From NCBI GenBank assembly GCA_009995455.1, contig JAACPJ010000001.1:45043-109042 (forward strand): a stretch of 64,000 bases of DNA. Reading direction: 5' to 3'. Both the position numbers and the translations under genes were made by a program. This DNA comes from a bacterium. GTDB taxonomy: Bacteria > Patescibacteriota > Gracilibacteria > UBA4473. Under the pieces are notes generated by a model. That model was given only the letters and a program-made list of their open reading frames with translations. It did not search any database and had not been told where the DNA came from. Each line of letters opens with the position of its first letter. Positions within the stretch are counted from its first letter, which is position 1. Below, piece by piece: positions 28,702-38,335 of this stretch.

Positions 28702-29715
28702 ATGGGCATCAAATCTGGCTTAAAATCGATCAATCACTTCCTAGCGCAATACGCGTTTGTGATTCTTTTAGTAGGTGGCGCCGGCTACTACTTTTTAGCG
28801 CAAGACAAAAATTTTCCATCTCCAAGATTTTTAACCGAAAGTCGACAATCAACTAGTTTTGACGGTTATGCCGGCAACGACGTGATGGAGGAAAGTATGG
28901 CTTACGACATGGCCGCCTCCCCCGTAGCCAGCCGCGCTAAAATGACCGTTAGTGATATGATTCGACCACCAGAAGTAAATGCCCAAGGATTTGACCCTGA
29001 AGGACTTGAAGATAGAAAAATAATTAGAAATGGTTCTTTGCAGTTAGAAGTTGAAGACACTGAAGAAAGTTTAGCCATTATAGAAGCTGAACTTTTTAGC
29101 CAACAGGCTTATATTACGCATCAAGATTCATGGGAAGTGCGACGTGGTACTCTGGCATACAATTTAACCATTCGCGTTCCAGCTGAAAAACTAGATGTAT
29201 TAAGTGAGAACCTAGAAAAAATTGGTCTCAAAAAATCAGAAAGTTATTCCACCCAAGATATCACCGCCCAATACCGAGATACAGATAACCGTATTACAAA
29301 CCTAGAAAGCCGACGTGATCGATTGCGAGAATTAATGGAACGAGAAACCGAAACCATTACCGATGTACTAGAAATTGATCGCGAACTCGCCAATGTCCAA
29401 GACGAACTAGACCGTTTAAATGCCACACAGAAAAGCAGAGACACCGATGTATCTTACTCGACTCTACAATTATCCCTTACGCCTCAACCCGAAATTGGTG
29501 ACTTTAGTAGCCCAGATTGGAATTTAGAATCAACTTGGAAATCAGCCGTTAACGACTTTATTTATGATGCTCGCGATGTGGTTGATAAACTTATTAGAGC
29601 CTTTGTTTACACGCCAATTTGGCTGCCAATGCTACTGATTTTATGGGGTCTAAAGCGCTGGTTATTTGGCAGCGGCAAACCCAAAAAAGAAAAGAAAACC
29701 AAGACTGAAAAATAA
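28702..29715 (+). CDS. DUF4349-like protein with coiled coil and C-terminal TM
   Basis: N-terminal TM, central RITNLESRRDRLRELMERE coiled coil, C-terminal TM and Lys-rich tail. The ATG at 28702 is preferred over the GTG at 28630. Confidence 0.55.
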   Translation: MGIKSGLKSINHFLAQYAFVILLVGGAGYYFLAQDKNFPSPRFLTESRQSTSFDGYAGNDVMEESMAYDMAASPVASRAKMTVSDMIRPPEVNAQGFDPEGLEDRKIIRNGSLQLEVEDTEESLAIIEAELFSQQAYITHQDSWEVRRGTLAYNLTIRVPAEKLDVLSENLEKIGLKKSESYSTQDITAQYRDTDNRITNLESRRDRLRELMERETETITDVLEIDRELANVQDELDRLNATQKSRDTDVSYSTLQLSLTPQPEIGDFSSPDWNLESTWKSAVNDFIYDARDVVDKLIRAFVYTPIWLPMLLILWGLKRWLFGSGKPKKEKKTKTEK

Positions 29716-29794
29716 ATTTTTAAAATGATCAATGCCTCGCTTGTCCGAAAAAGATAAGCTAGGCATTTAAGCGAAGGCCGCTAAAGTGTTTCTG

Positions 29795-30568
29795 ATGACA
29801 ATACTAGAAAAAATTATTGCCCAGAAAGAGCGAGAAGTCTCTGGCCTGGAGAGAACGCTTAAAAATGCCAAGCCGCTCAAAAATCATCGGAGTTTTTTGC
29901 AGGCTTTAAAAAGAAATAAAGGTGAAGCCGTAAAACTTATTGCTGAAATCAAAAAAGCGTCGCCGAGCAAAGGGGCAATTGCACCCGAGGCTGATGTGGT
30001 AGAGATTGGTCTTATTTACGAGGAGAACGGAGCCGCGGCAATTTCTGTACTAACGGACTACGAATTTTTTCAAGGGTCGCTTTCAGATTTAAACAACGTT
30101 GTTCGGGAAGTAGAAATTCCAGTGCTACGTAAAGATTTTATTATCGATAAAGGGCAAATTTTAGAAGCGAGACTCAGTGAAGCCAGTGCGGTTTTACTGA
30201 TGACCTCAGTCCTTAAAACAACCGAAAAATTAAAAGAATTCAGAGAGTACGCCGAAAGCCTTGGCATGGACGCTTTAGTGGAAACCCAAGACGAAGCCGA
30301 AATTCAAATCGCCCTCGCGAGTGGCGCTAAAATTATGGGGGTTAATGCTCGCCATTTTTCAGATTTATCAGTTGATATTAAACGGGTTCCACCACTCCTG
30401 CAGCTTATTCCAAATAATATTATAAAAGTCGCCGAATCAGGTATTTCCACCAAAGCCGATGTCGATTTAGTTTCGCCGTATTGCGATGCGGTGCTAATTG
30501 GCAGCAGTTTTATGAGTGGCGACCCAAGAACTATAAAAGCTAAAATTGACGCCCTATTATGCATTTAA
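29795..30568 (+). CDS. trpC: indole-3-glycerol-phosphate synthase
   Basis: IAEIKKASPSKG, ISVLTD..FFQGS, LRKDFIID motifs. Confidence 0.9.
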   Translation: MTILEKIIAQKEREVSGLERTLKNAKPLKNHRSFLQALKRNKGEAVKLIAEIKKASPSKGAIAPEADVVEIGLIYEENGAAAISVLTDYEFFQGSLSDLNNVVREVEIPVLRKDFIIDKGQILEARLSEASAVLLMTSVLKTTEKLKEFREYAESLGMDALVETQDEAEIQIALASGAKIMGVNARHFSDLSVDIKRVPPLLQLIPNNIIKVAESGISTKADVDLVSPYCDAVLIGSSFMSGDPRTIKAKIDALLCI

Positions 30569-31197
30569 AAGTTTGTGGTGTCAGAACCATGCCAATGGCC
30601 CAAAGCTGCCAAGATTTAAGCGTGCCTTACGTTGGTTTTAATTTTGTACCCACTTCTAAAAGATACATAGCCCCAATTTCAGCTCAAAACTTAAGTCACG
30701 CTTACACCGGTCAAAAAGTGGGAGTATTTCAAAATGAAACCTTAGAAAAAATTTTCGAAACCTGCCAATTGGTTGATTTAGACATCATTCAGCTCCACGG
30801 CCAAGAAACACCCGAAATGATTGAAACGCTAAAGAACGAACTTAAAAAAATTAAACCTTTTAAAATCTGGAAAGCCTTTAGCGTAGACGAAAGCTTCGAT
30901 TTCCGCCAATTGCAACAATACGGCAAAAACTGTGATTTATTTTTATTTGATGGGGCAAACCCAGGATCAGGAACACAAATAGTAAACACTAGCACGTTGC
31001 ATGACGCGATTAGTGAAACACAAAAACTAAGCATTCCCTTCGCCTTAGCCGGCGGTATAAACCCTAATACGGCCGCTAAATCACTCGATTTATTCCCTAC
31101 TGCCACGTTGTTCGACACCGCTTCCGGCGTCGAGACAAACCAAGAATTTAAAGCCGAAAAATTAAAACAATTACTAGAAATATTAAAAGATGAGTAA
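30559..31197 (+). CDS. trpF: phosphoribosylanthranilate isomerase
   Basis: LKVCGV...; IQLHG; FALAGGINP. Overlaps the trpC end. Confidence 0.85.
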   Translation: MHLKVCGVRTMPMAQSCQDLSVPYVGFNFVPTSKRYIAPISAQNLSHAYTGQKVGVFQNETLEKIFETCQLVDLDIIQLHGQETPEMIETLKNELKKIKPFKIWKAFSVDESFDFRQLQQYGKNCDLFLFDGANPGSGTQIVNTSTLHDAISETQKLSIPFALAGGINPNTAAKSLDLFPTATLFDTASGVETNQEFKAEKLKQLLEILKDE

Positions 31198-31816
31198 ACC
31201 AATTTTGTTGTGGGATTTTGATGGCGTGATGGCAGATTCAACCCAGTTTGTGTTTTCATACTGGCGCCAAGAAATGAAAAAAGCGGGTATTGATTTTAAA
31301 CTCAGTGATTACCAAGCGACCTTTACCCATAAATTTCCTTTTGAATATTTAGCCGAAAACTACCCAACTGTTGCGGAAGACATAAAAACCAAATATTCAT
31401 TATATGAAGAAAATTATTACCCCGTTAAAGTAAAAGCTTTTCCAAATTTCATCTCTAATTTTTTAGAAATTTCGCCTAATTTTGAGCATCACATTATCTC
31501 TTCAAATTTAAAAAGTGTCATTGATTCTTGGCTAAAAATTCAAGGCTTAACACCGTATTTTAAGTCCGTAGTAGGACGAGAAACCGAGGGGTATAAAGAT
31601 GAAAAAATTAACCACTTACTGCGGCGCTTACACCGCAATAAAAGTGAGGCCCTTTTTATTGGGGACACCATTAGTGACATTGAACACGCCCAGGCGGCTG
31701 GTGTAAAAAATATTGCGGTTAGCTGGGGCGTCCATTCCAAAGATCAGCTAAAAAAAGCTCAGCCCGATATGATTTGTGATACAATTGAGGAGCTTTTTAG
31801 CACTTTAAAAAAATGA
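31190..31816 (+). CDS. HAD-superfamily phosphatase
   Basis: Motif I LWDFDGVMADS and motif IV-like FIGDTISD. Overlaps trpF by 8 nt. Confidence 0.8.
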   Translation: MSKPILLWDFDGVMADSTQFVFSYWRQEMKKAGIDFKLSDYQATFTHKFPFEYLAENYPTVAEDIKTKYSLYEENYYPVKVKAFPNFISNFLEISPNFEHHIISSNLKSVIDSWLKIQGLTPYFKSVVGRETEGYKDEKINHLLRRLHRNKSEALFIGDTISDIEHAQAAGVKNIAVSWGVHSKDQLKKAQPDMICDTIEELFSTLKK

Positions 31817-32301
31817 GTTTTGAAATTAACGATAACCTATTAGCCCTCATTTATTTAGTGGGCTTTGGCATATTGTGGGTTGGATTTATGACGCTGCTCG
31901 CCAAAGTAACTGGGTGGTCTAGACTCTATGCACAACTCGGTTCACACGCTTCACCACAAATTATTGGCGGCAAACAAAAAACTTACCGATTTGTTTCGGG
32001 CTACATTAATAAAACGCAGTATAAGAACTTTCTTAAAGTAATTACGACTCCGTACTGCTTAAGTGTTAAAGCTTTTTTTCCCTTTAATATTGGACACAAG
32101 CCACTCGTGATTCCATGGGATAAAATAAGTTCTATTAGAGAAGATCGAACTATTTTTTATAACTCCGCCATCGTAAAGCTAATCTCTCCGCTAAATGACG
32201 AACTCAAGCTCCCCAAAAAGATCTTCCTTAATAATGAGCATTTACCAGAAAGACTTTCTATTTCGCCCACTATAAATTTGCATGAAAATCCATATCAATA
32301 A
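31813..32301 (+). CDS. hypothetical membrane protein
   Basis: One N-terminal TM; ATGA overlap with the HAD gene. Confidence 0.45.
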   Translation: MSFEINDNLLALIYLVGFGILWVGFMTLLAKVTGWSRLYAQLGSHASPQIIGGKQKTYRFVSGYINKTQYKNFLKVITTPYCLSVKAFFPFNIGHKPLVIPWDKISSIREDRTIFYNSAIVKLISPLNDELKLPKKIFLNNEHLPERLSISPTINLHENPYQ

Positions 32302-33049
32302 AGAACCATTTGCCCTTATCACCGGGGCTTCTAGCGGTATTGGAAAAGCCACTGCCATCTCTTTGGCCGCGCTCGGTAAAAACCTGATTATTGTGGCTAG
32401 GCGTCAAGAAAGGCTTGATAAATTGAAACAGGAATTAGAAAATTCTTATGCTATAGAAGTAATTACATACGCCTTAGATGTATCTGATCTAAAAGCGGTT
32501 GAAACTTTTTACCAGACTATTGCAGAAGAAAAAATTGATATACTAATTAACAATGCCGGGCTTTCGCGCGGGAAAGAATCATTTGAAAAGTACGACTTTT
32601 CTGACTGGGAAGAAATGATTGATATAAACATCAAAGGTTTCTTAAAAGTCGCTCAGCTGTGCATTCCTTTTTTAAAAGACACAAAAGGTCACATAGTTAA
32701 CTTAAGTTCTACCGCTGGTCTTGAAGCCTATGAAGGGGGAAATGTTTATGGCGGCACAAAAAGCTTTGTACAAATGATTTCTAAGTCGCTGCGTATTGAT
32801 TTACTCGGGACCAGCATCCGAGTGACAGACATTGCCCCTGGGGCCGTAAATACTGAATTTTCAACCGTCCGCTTTCATGGAGACAAAACCAAAGCCGATA
32901 CGGTCTATCAAGGCTTTACCGAATTAACCGCCGAAGACATAGCCGATAACATAGTTTACTGCGTCACCAGACCTCCACACGTTAATATTGAAAGTTTAGT
33001 CGTCTATCCAACCGCGCAAGCCAGCCCGCGTATTTTTCATAAAAAATAA
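32282..33049 (+). CDS. short-chain dehydrogenase/reductase (YdfG-like)
   Basis: TGASSGIGKA, NNAG, S...YGGTK catalytic pattern. Confidence 0.85.
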   Translation: MKIHINKEPFALITGASSGIGKATAISLAALGKNLIIVARRQERLDKLKQELENSYAIEVITYALDVSDLKAVETFYQTIAEEKIDILINNAGLSRGKESFEKYDFSDWEEMIDINIKGFLKVAQLCIPFLKDTKGHIVNLSSTAGLEAYEGGNVYGGTKSFVQMISKSLRIDLLGTSIRVTDIAPGAVNTEFSTVRFHGDKTKADTVYQGFTELTAEDIADNIVYCVTRPPHVNIESLVVYPTAQASPRIFHKK

Positions 33050-33093
33050 GCTTGATTTCAGCAAAAAGCTATGTACCGTTGCACCGGTACAAC

Positions 33094-34275
33094 ATGACAA
33101 ACTTTATTGAAAATTCCGGTGGACACTTTGGCGAATTTGGTGGCTGTTTTGCCCCTGAATTACTGCAGCCAGTACTGCGTAAGGTCACACAAACTTTTGA
33201 AAAATTTAAAACTTCAACCACGCTGCAAAGCGAATTTAATGAGTTGCTGCGAAATTTTGCGGGGCGACCAACGCCTATTTATCACGCTAAAAACTATAGC
33301 CCCAAGAACGGTGCCCAAATATGGGTAAAACGAGAAGATTTGCTGCATGGTGGAGCCCACAAAACCAACAATGTGATTGGGCAGGCTTTGATTGCTCGCG
33401 AAATGGGAGCCAAATATTTAATTGCCGAAACCGGTGCTGGGCAACATGGTATTGCCACCGCTATGGCTGGAGCTCATTTTAATTTACCAGTTAAAGTATT
33501 TATGGGCGCAAAAGATGTGGCCCGGCAACAGGTTAATGTCGAAAGAATGAGACTGTTAGGCGCAGAAGTGATTAGTGTCGACACCGGCTCTTCATCGCTT
33601 AAAGATGCCATAAACGAAGCCATGCGTTACTGGATTTCTCATGCCGAAGACACCTATTACATGTTTGGAACTGCCGCTGGTCCGCACCCATTCCCAGAAT
33701 TAGTGGCGCGTTTCCAACGGGTCATTGGCGATGAAGCGAGAGCGCAAATACTGGAACAAACCGGTAAACTCCCCGCTCAAGTGCTGGCTTGTGTAGGAGG
33801 CGGTTCAAACGCTATTGGGATTTTTCAGGCTTTTTTAGAAGATAAAGAAACAAAACTCGTTGGCGTAGAACCCGCCGGCGACAACATTAAACACGGCCTT
33901 ACTATTGGTCGCGGAGTCACCGGCTGTTTGCACGGCAGTATTAGCAAAGTGAACTGTGACGAGAACGGCCAGATTGAGGAAAGTCACTCAATTTCTGCGG
34001 GGCTCGATTACCCTGGGGTTTCACCAATACACGCTTATTTAGATCAACTGGGTGACGCCCAGTACGTGGGAATAACCGATGACGAAGCGATGGAAGCTTT
34101 ACTTAAATTCTCACGATGCGAAGGCATCATTCCGGCGCTAGAATCCTCACACGCTTTAGCGGAAGCTTTTAAACGAGCCGATAAAATGAACGCAGATGAA
34201 ATTTTAATGGTAAATTTGTCGGGCCGAGGGGATAAAGATTTACACACCGTGTTTGAATATTTAGAAAAATCGTAA
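33094..34275 (+). CDS. trpB: tryptophan synthase beta chain
   Basis: GHFGEFGG, REDLLHGGAHKTNN, GGGSNAIG. Start refined to the ATG at 33094. Confidence 0.95.
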   Translation: MTNFIENSGGHFGEFGGCFAPELLQPVLRKVTQTFEKFKTSTTLQSEFNELLRNFAGRPTPIYHAKNYSPKNGAQIWVKREDLLHGGAHKTNNVIGQALIAREMGAKYLIAETGAGQHGIATAMAGAHFNLPVKVFMGAKDVARQQVNVERMRLLGAEVISVDTGSSSLKDAINEAMRYWISHAEDTYYMFGTAAGPHPFPELVARFQRVIGDEARAQILEQTGKLPAQVLACVGGGSNAIGIFQAFLEDKETKLVGVEPAGDNIKHGLTIGRGVTGCLHGSISKVNCDENGQIEESHSISAGLDYPGVSPIHAYLDQLGDAQYVGITDDEAMEALLKFSRCEGIIPALESSHALAEAFKRADKMNADEILMVNLSGRGDKDLHTVFEYLEKS

Positions 34276-34276
34276 T

Positions 34277-35056
34277 ATGAACCGCTACCAACAAACTTTC
34301 GAACGCTTAAAAAAAGAAGATAAAATTGCTTTTATTCCTTTCTGGATGCTCGGGGACCCGAATCCTGAAGCGTCGCTCGAAGCCGTAAAAACTATTGCGG
34401 AGCAAGCCGATATTTTAGAACTTGGTCTGCCCTTCTCTGACCCGCTGGCGGATGGCCCAACGATACAAGCAGCGGTGAATCGAAGCTTACAAGCTGGAAT
34501 GAATACAGAAAAATGCTTAGAACAAATTATGATTATCAGAGCTGATTTTCCAGAAAAACCAATTGGCTTGCTCGTCTATTTAAATCTAGTGCTACAATAT
34601 GGCATTAATCGATTTTTTACTGATTGTAAAAAGACTGGCATTGATTCAATTTTGATTCCAGAAATGCCGGTTGAAGAAATAAAGCTCGTTGAAAGTGCGG
34701 CCCAAGAAAACCAAATTGATTTAGTGTTTTTACTTTCAACCAATACACCACAAGATAGAAGACAAAAGATTTACGATCATTCTGGTGGATTTGTCTACAC
34801 GGTTTCTAAACCGTCTATTACAGGAGCTAAAACCGATTTATCGGATGACACTCTGGCATTAGTTCAAGAACTTAAATCTCAAACTGATTTACCCATTTGT
34901 GTGGGTTTTGGAATCTCGACCCCAGAACACATTAAAGCCCTTAAAAAAGCCGGCGCTGATGGAGCCATTATTGGTTCAGAGTTGATTAATATCTATCAAA
35001 AAGAAGGACTTGAAGCCTTAAATGACTTCGCCCTATCTTGCGCTTCAAGCACTTAG
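34277..35056 (+). CDS. trpA: tryptophan synthase alpha chain
   Basis: ILELGLPFSDPLADGPTIQ motif. Confidence 0.95.
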   Translation: MNRYQQTFERLKKEDKIAFIPFWMLGDPNPEASLEAVKTIAEQADILELGLPFSDPLADGPTIQAAVNRSLQAGMNTEKCLEQIMIIRADFPEKPIGLLVYLNLVLQYGINRFFTDCKKTGIDSILIPEMPVEEIKLVESAAQENQIDLVFLLSTNTPQDRRQKIYDHSGGFVYTVSKPSITGAKTDLSDDTLALVQELKSQTDLPICVGFGISTPEHIKALKKAGADGAIIGSELINIYQKEGLEALNDFALSCASST

Positions 35057-35065
35057 TTTTTACTT

Positions 35066-36019
35066 TTACTCGCTAACAACTTCTTCTGTTACTAGTGGTC
35101 GGTAAGTCGAAGCAAAGCTCTCCTCTTCAGCACTTTCAGCAAAATTAACATTCCGTTTCCAAATAGCCGATAGTCGACCGTCATAGCCTTCCCAGTGTTT
35201 AGTTTTTTCTATGCTCACTTGGCGCGTGTCTTTAGTTCCGTAGAAAACGGTAATCATTTTTTCATCCCGCATGGCAAACTTCATCAAAATGTCACCGGGC
35301 GTGTTATTGGTAAACTGCAAATCAATCACTCCTAGGTAAATAGTCGCATCTAAACCGGCTGGTTCATATTTTTCAAATCGCACAGAGTGCGCTCTACGTT
35401 GTTCAATCGTCAAACCTGCATTTAAAGCGGCTCGAAATACGTTGGTTGATATTTGGCAAACCCCACCTCCAAGCCCCCAAGCATTGGCGCTATTTCGAAG
35501 CACACGTGCATAAGTAAACCCTTCCTCTTCGGTTACATCGCCCAGTTGTTCATTGAATGAAAACGTTTCACCCCGTTTAATAATTACCCCGTCAAACTTA
35601 GCGATAGTCGCATTAATGTTTTGCATTCGTCGAGCATCTGAACCAGCATAATCACTCACTCCCACCGAAAGTACTTCCTTAATCCCTCTCTCCCGTAGAA
35701 AAGGCTCTTGCACCGCTTGTTCTAGTTGATTATTAAACTGTGGATCAAAATGAGCGCCTTCTTTAACCCAAAACTCACTATTTAAAGCGCGATTAATCAA
35801 AGCCGCTGAAACCGTAAAACCAGGATATGAAGAAAATGGCTCACTCTTAATCTCAGGCGTATTGGCCGGTTGGGCTTCACTCATTCGATTTCTTTCTTGT
35901 AGTTGCGCTCTGATATGAGTTGAAACATCAAAGCCTGGATTTCGCGGCGTACTTGCCACTACGTCACTCGGAGTTACGGCGGCAGTTCCAAATACGAGAG
36001 CGGTTAATCCTAAAATCAT
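35066..36019 (-). CDS. VanW family protein
   Basis: GGGVCQISTNVFRAALNAGL core. Confidence 0.75.
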   Translation of the reverse strand: MILGLTALVFGTAAVTPSDVVASTPRNPGFDVSTHIRAQLQERNRMSEAQPANTPEIKSEPFSSYPGFTVSAALINRALNSEFWVKEGAHFDPQFNNQLEQAVQEPFLRERGIKEVLSVGVSDYAGSDARRMQNINATIAKFDGVIIKRGETFSFNEQLGDVTEEEGFTYARVLRNSANAWGLGGGVCQISTNVFRAALNAGLTIEQRRAHSVRFEKYEPAGLDATIYLGVIDLQFTNNTPGDILMKFAMRDEKMITVFYGTKDTRQVSIEKTKHWEGYDGRLSAIWKRNVNFAESAEEESFASTYRPLVTEEVVSE

Positions 36020-36085
36020 CGGGCGATTGTAACAGATTTAAACCCTTATTTCAAGTAAGTATTTTTTTAATTACTCTAAATTCAT

Positions 36086-36116
36086 AAAAAAAGCGCCTTT
36101 TAAAATAAAAGACGCT
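36086..36116 (-). terminator. rho-independent terminator of efp
   Basis: Minus-strand AGCGUCUUUU-AUUUU-AAAAGGCGCU (10 bp including G-U) followed by a U7 run. Confidence 0.75.
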
Positions 36117-36141
36117 TAAATAAAAAATTTTTCGATAAGGT

Positions 36142-36702
36142 TTATTTAGCTCGTTCTACGTATTCTCCACTTAAGGTATTAACTACCACTTTGTCTCCCA
36201 CTTCAATAAATGGAGGTACTTTTAAAACTAAACCCGTACTAATAGTCGCATCTTTGGTTACATTCCCAGCCGTGTTTCCTTTAACTCCAGGGTCGGTTTC
36301 AATAATTTCAAAGGTCATTTTTGGCTGAACGCTGACATTGATTGGGTTTCCGTTAAAGTACTGAACATCCGCTTCCATTCCGTCAGAAAGATAATTGATA
36401 GTATCACCTAGCTGCTCAGCCGTAAAAGCCATTTGCTCATAGGTTTCGTTATCCATAAATTCGTAATCGTCACCCGTGGCGTATAAAAACTGTGCTCTTT
36501 TATAAGTAATTTCGGCCGGTTCGGCTTTTTCAGAGCCAGAGAAAGTCCGCTCCATCGTTGACCCAGTCAATAAGTTTTTAAGTTTTGTTTTCATATGGCC
36601 TCCCTGTCTGGCCGTTTTCCCAAATTGATTCCAAGTCACCGTGTAGGGTTGACCATCGATTTCAATATGCACTCCGGTTTTAATTTCTGAAATACTAAGC
36701 AT
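36142..36702 (-). CDS. efp: elongation factor P
   Basis: 186 aa, MLSISEIKTGVHIEIDGQPY...KPGKG-like loop (HMKTK...). Confidence 0.95.
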   Translation of the reverse strand: MLSISEIKTGVHIEIDGQPYTVTWNQFGKTARQGGHMKTKLKNLLTGSTMERTFSGSEKAEPAEITYKRAQFLYATGDDYEFMDNETYEQMAFTAEQLGDTINYLSDGMEADVQYFNGNPINVSVQPKMTFEIIETDPGVKGNTAGNVTKDATISTGLVLKVPPFIEVGDKVVVNTLSGEYVERAK

Positions 36703-36764
36703 AAGATAAATTTAAAAAGTTAATTCCCCTGCATCATAGAAAATGTGTCTGAAAGTGTACAGTT

Positions 36765-37607
36765 TTACTGCACTTCAAGTTCATTTTTGAAACTATAAAA
36801 GTTAACCCCAAACACTAAACCAAACACTAGTAAGCTAGAAAAAGGTAAAACTCCAATACTTAAAAGCAGCAATATAGATTCAAACGCTAACACAATCACG
36901 TAAAAATTGAGCACACTTAAGTAACTTTTACCGTAACTCCAATCTGGAATTTTAGCCAAAACACCGACGCCCCAGAAAACTAAAGCCCACCAAGCAGCAC
37001 TGATTAGTCGTATCAAACTCAACCAGATCCATATACAGACAAACATAAACCCAACAGCAAATGATAGAAGCGTTGGTTTAACGCTATAATAACCGTTTTG
37101 AACATCCATTTTAGTAAAGGAAAAATCTTCTTCAATTTCGCTAAAATTAAAACTGCGGTATTCTCCGGTATCTTCCCGTACCACCATTTTGTCGGCCGTT
37201 ACAACTAAACCACCAGCATAATCTTCTAAACTGGCTTCACTGAAAGTAATTTCTTGCGTATCAATAACCGCAATAAATTCTTCATCTTCATAAATAATGT
37301 AGGGTTCTGGCAGATTGGTAGATAAAACACCATCCGTCACACTCGCCTCAAATTCAGGCACCGTATTCCACCAGTCATTTTCTAGCCAATTAACCCAGTT
37401 TTGAGCGAGTAAAAACCAAATCGCGACCGTTGCCACAACCGAAATCAAACTGTTCCATACAAACCAAAATACCCAGGTTCGGCTAACCGCCTTTTCTTTT
37501 TCAGCGTATAAAACAGTCTGAATAAAGTTAGGATTTGTCCAAACTTGAGCCATACGAGCCCAAACATTAATTTTTGGAATTACGATTTCTGGAGTTTGTT
37601 TTTTCAT
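36765..37607 (-). CDS. DUF1189-like polytopic membrane protein
   Basis: N-terminal TM, an extracytoplasmic insert, then a 4-TM C-terminus. Confidence 0.5.
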   Translation of the reverse strand: MKKQTPEIVIPKINVWARMAQVWTNPNFIQTVLYAEKEKAVSRTWVFWFVWNSLISVVATVAIWFLLAQNWVNWLENDWWNTVPEFEASVTDGVLSTNLPEPYIIYEDEEFIAVIDTQEITFSEASLEDYAGGLVVTADKMVVREDTGEYRSFNFSEIEEDFSFTKMDVQNGYYSVKPTLLSFAVGFMFVCIWIWLSLIRLISAAWWALVFWGVGVLAKIPDWSYGKSYLSVLNFYVIVLAFESILLLLSIGVLPFSSLLVFGLVFGVNFYSFKNELEVQ

Positions 37608-37683
37608 AAATTCTTAAAGTTAAGGCTTTAGCAATGTACAATTACACTTGGCAAAGTAAGTAAAATTTATAGGATCGCGACTG

Positions 37684-38166
37684 ATGAATCAAAAGAAAAC
37701 AGATGCAAAGCCAAACCCGCTTGAAGAGAAAATTTTAGCTTTAGAAAGTGAGTTAGAATTAGCCCAGAACCAAGCAAATGAAGCTAAAGCCTCTAGTTTA
37801 CGGGCTTTAGCCGATTTAGAAAACTACCGCAGACGCCTTAGTGGCGAGCAAACTAAGTGGTCTGATCAAGCGGTAACTCAGTTTTTACGCAAAGCGCTGC
37901 CTTCATTTTTAGAGCTCAGTTTAGGGGCCAGCCATAGTAGCGATGAAACCATGCAACAAGTCGTCGAAAAATTCTTTGAAACCATGCGAGCTCAAGGTTT
38001 AAACCACATTACGCCAAAAGCTGGCGAAGTCATTAACCCTGATTTTCATGAAGTTTTAATGGTAGAAGAAGGGACGGCTGGAACCGTCGTTCATTGCCTC
38101 GAAATTGGTTGGGAATATAACGGCCAAGTTATTCAGCCCGCCAAGGTTTCAGGCGCGCAAAGCTAA
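37684..38166 (+). CDS. grpE: nucleotide exchange factor GrpE
   Basis: LRALADLENYRRR and FHEVLMVEE motifs. Confidence 0.9.
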   Translation: MNQKKTDAKPNPLEEKILALESELELAQNQANEAKASSLRALADLENYRRRLSGEQTKWSDQAVTQFLRKALPSFLELSLGASHSSDETMQQVVEKFFETMRAQGLNHITPKAGEVINPDFHEVLMVEEGTAGTVVHCLEIGWEYNGQVIQPAKVSGAQS

Positions 38167-38229
38167 AGGCTTAACTTGACTTAAAGTCACTAAAAATTAA
38201 ATCTGTAATTGAAATAAATCTCACCCACT

Positions 38230-38322
38230 ATGAAAGTTAAGAAACAAACCACTTTTAAAATTATTACCGGCATCATTCTGCTTATGTTTGTTATGAGCAG
38301 CGCCGTTATGTTCTTGGTGTAA
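38230..38322 (+). CDS. 30-aa single-TM miniprotein, hypothetical
   Basis: MKVKKQTTFKIITGIILLMFVMSSAVMFLV, preceded by TTGACT-16-TAAATC. Below the track cutoff. Confidence 0.3.
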   Translation: MKVKKQTTFKIITGIILLMFVMSSAVMFLV

Positions 38323-38335
38323 TCCACGCACGTTT

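Noticed and set aside
30789-31259. 156-aa minus-strand ORF across the trpF/HAD junction.
   Set aside because: It is a shadow ORF opposite two well-supported, overlapping plus-strand genes.
37628-37654. CIRCE-like element upstream of grpE (TTAGCAATG-N9-ACTTGGCAA).
   Set aside because: Only the left arm resembles TTAGCACTC (7/9). The right arm matches GAGTGCTAA at 4/9 and the two arms are not good inverted repeats.
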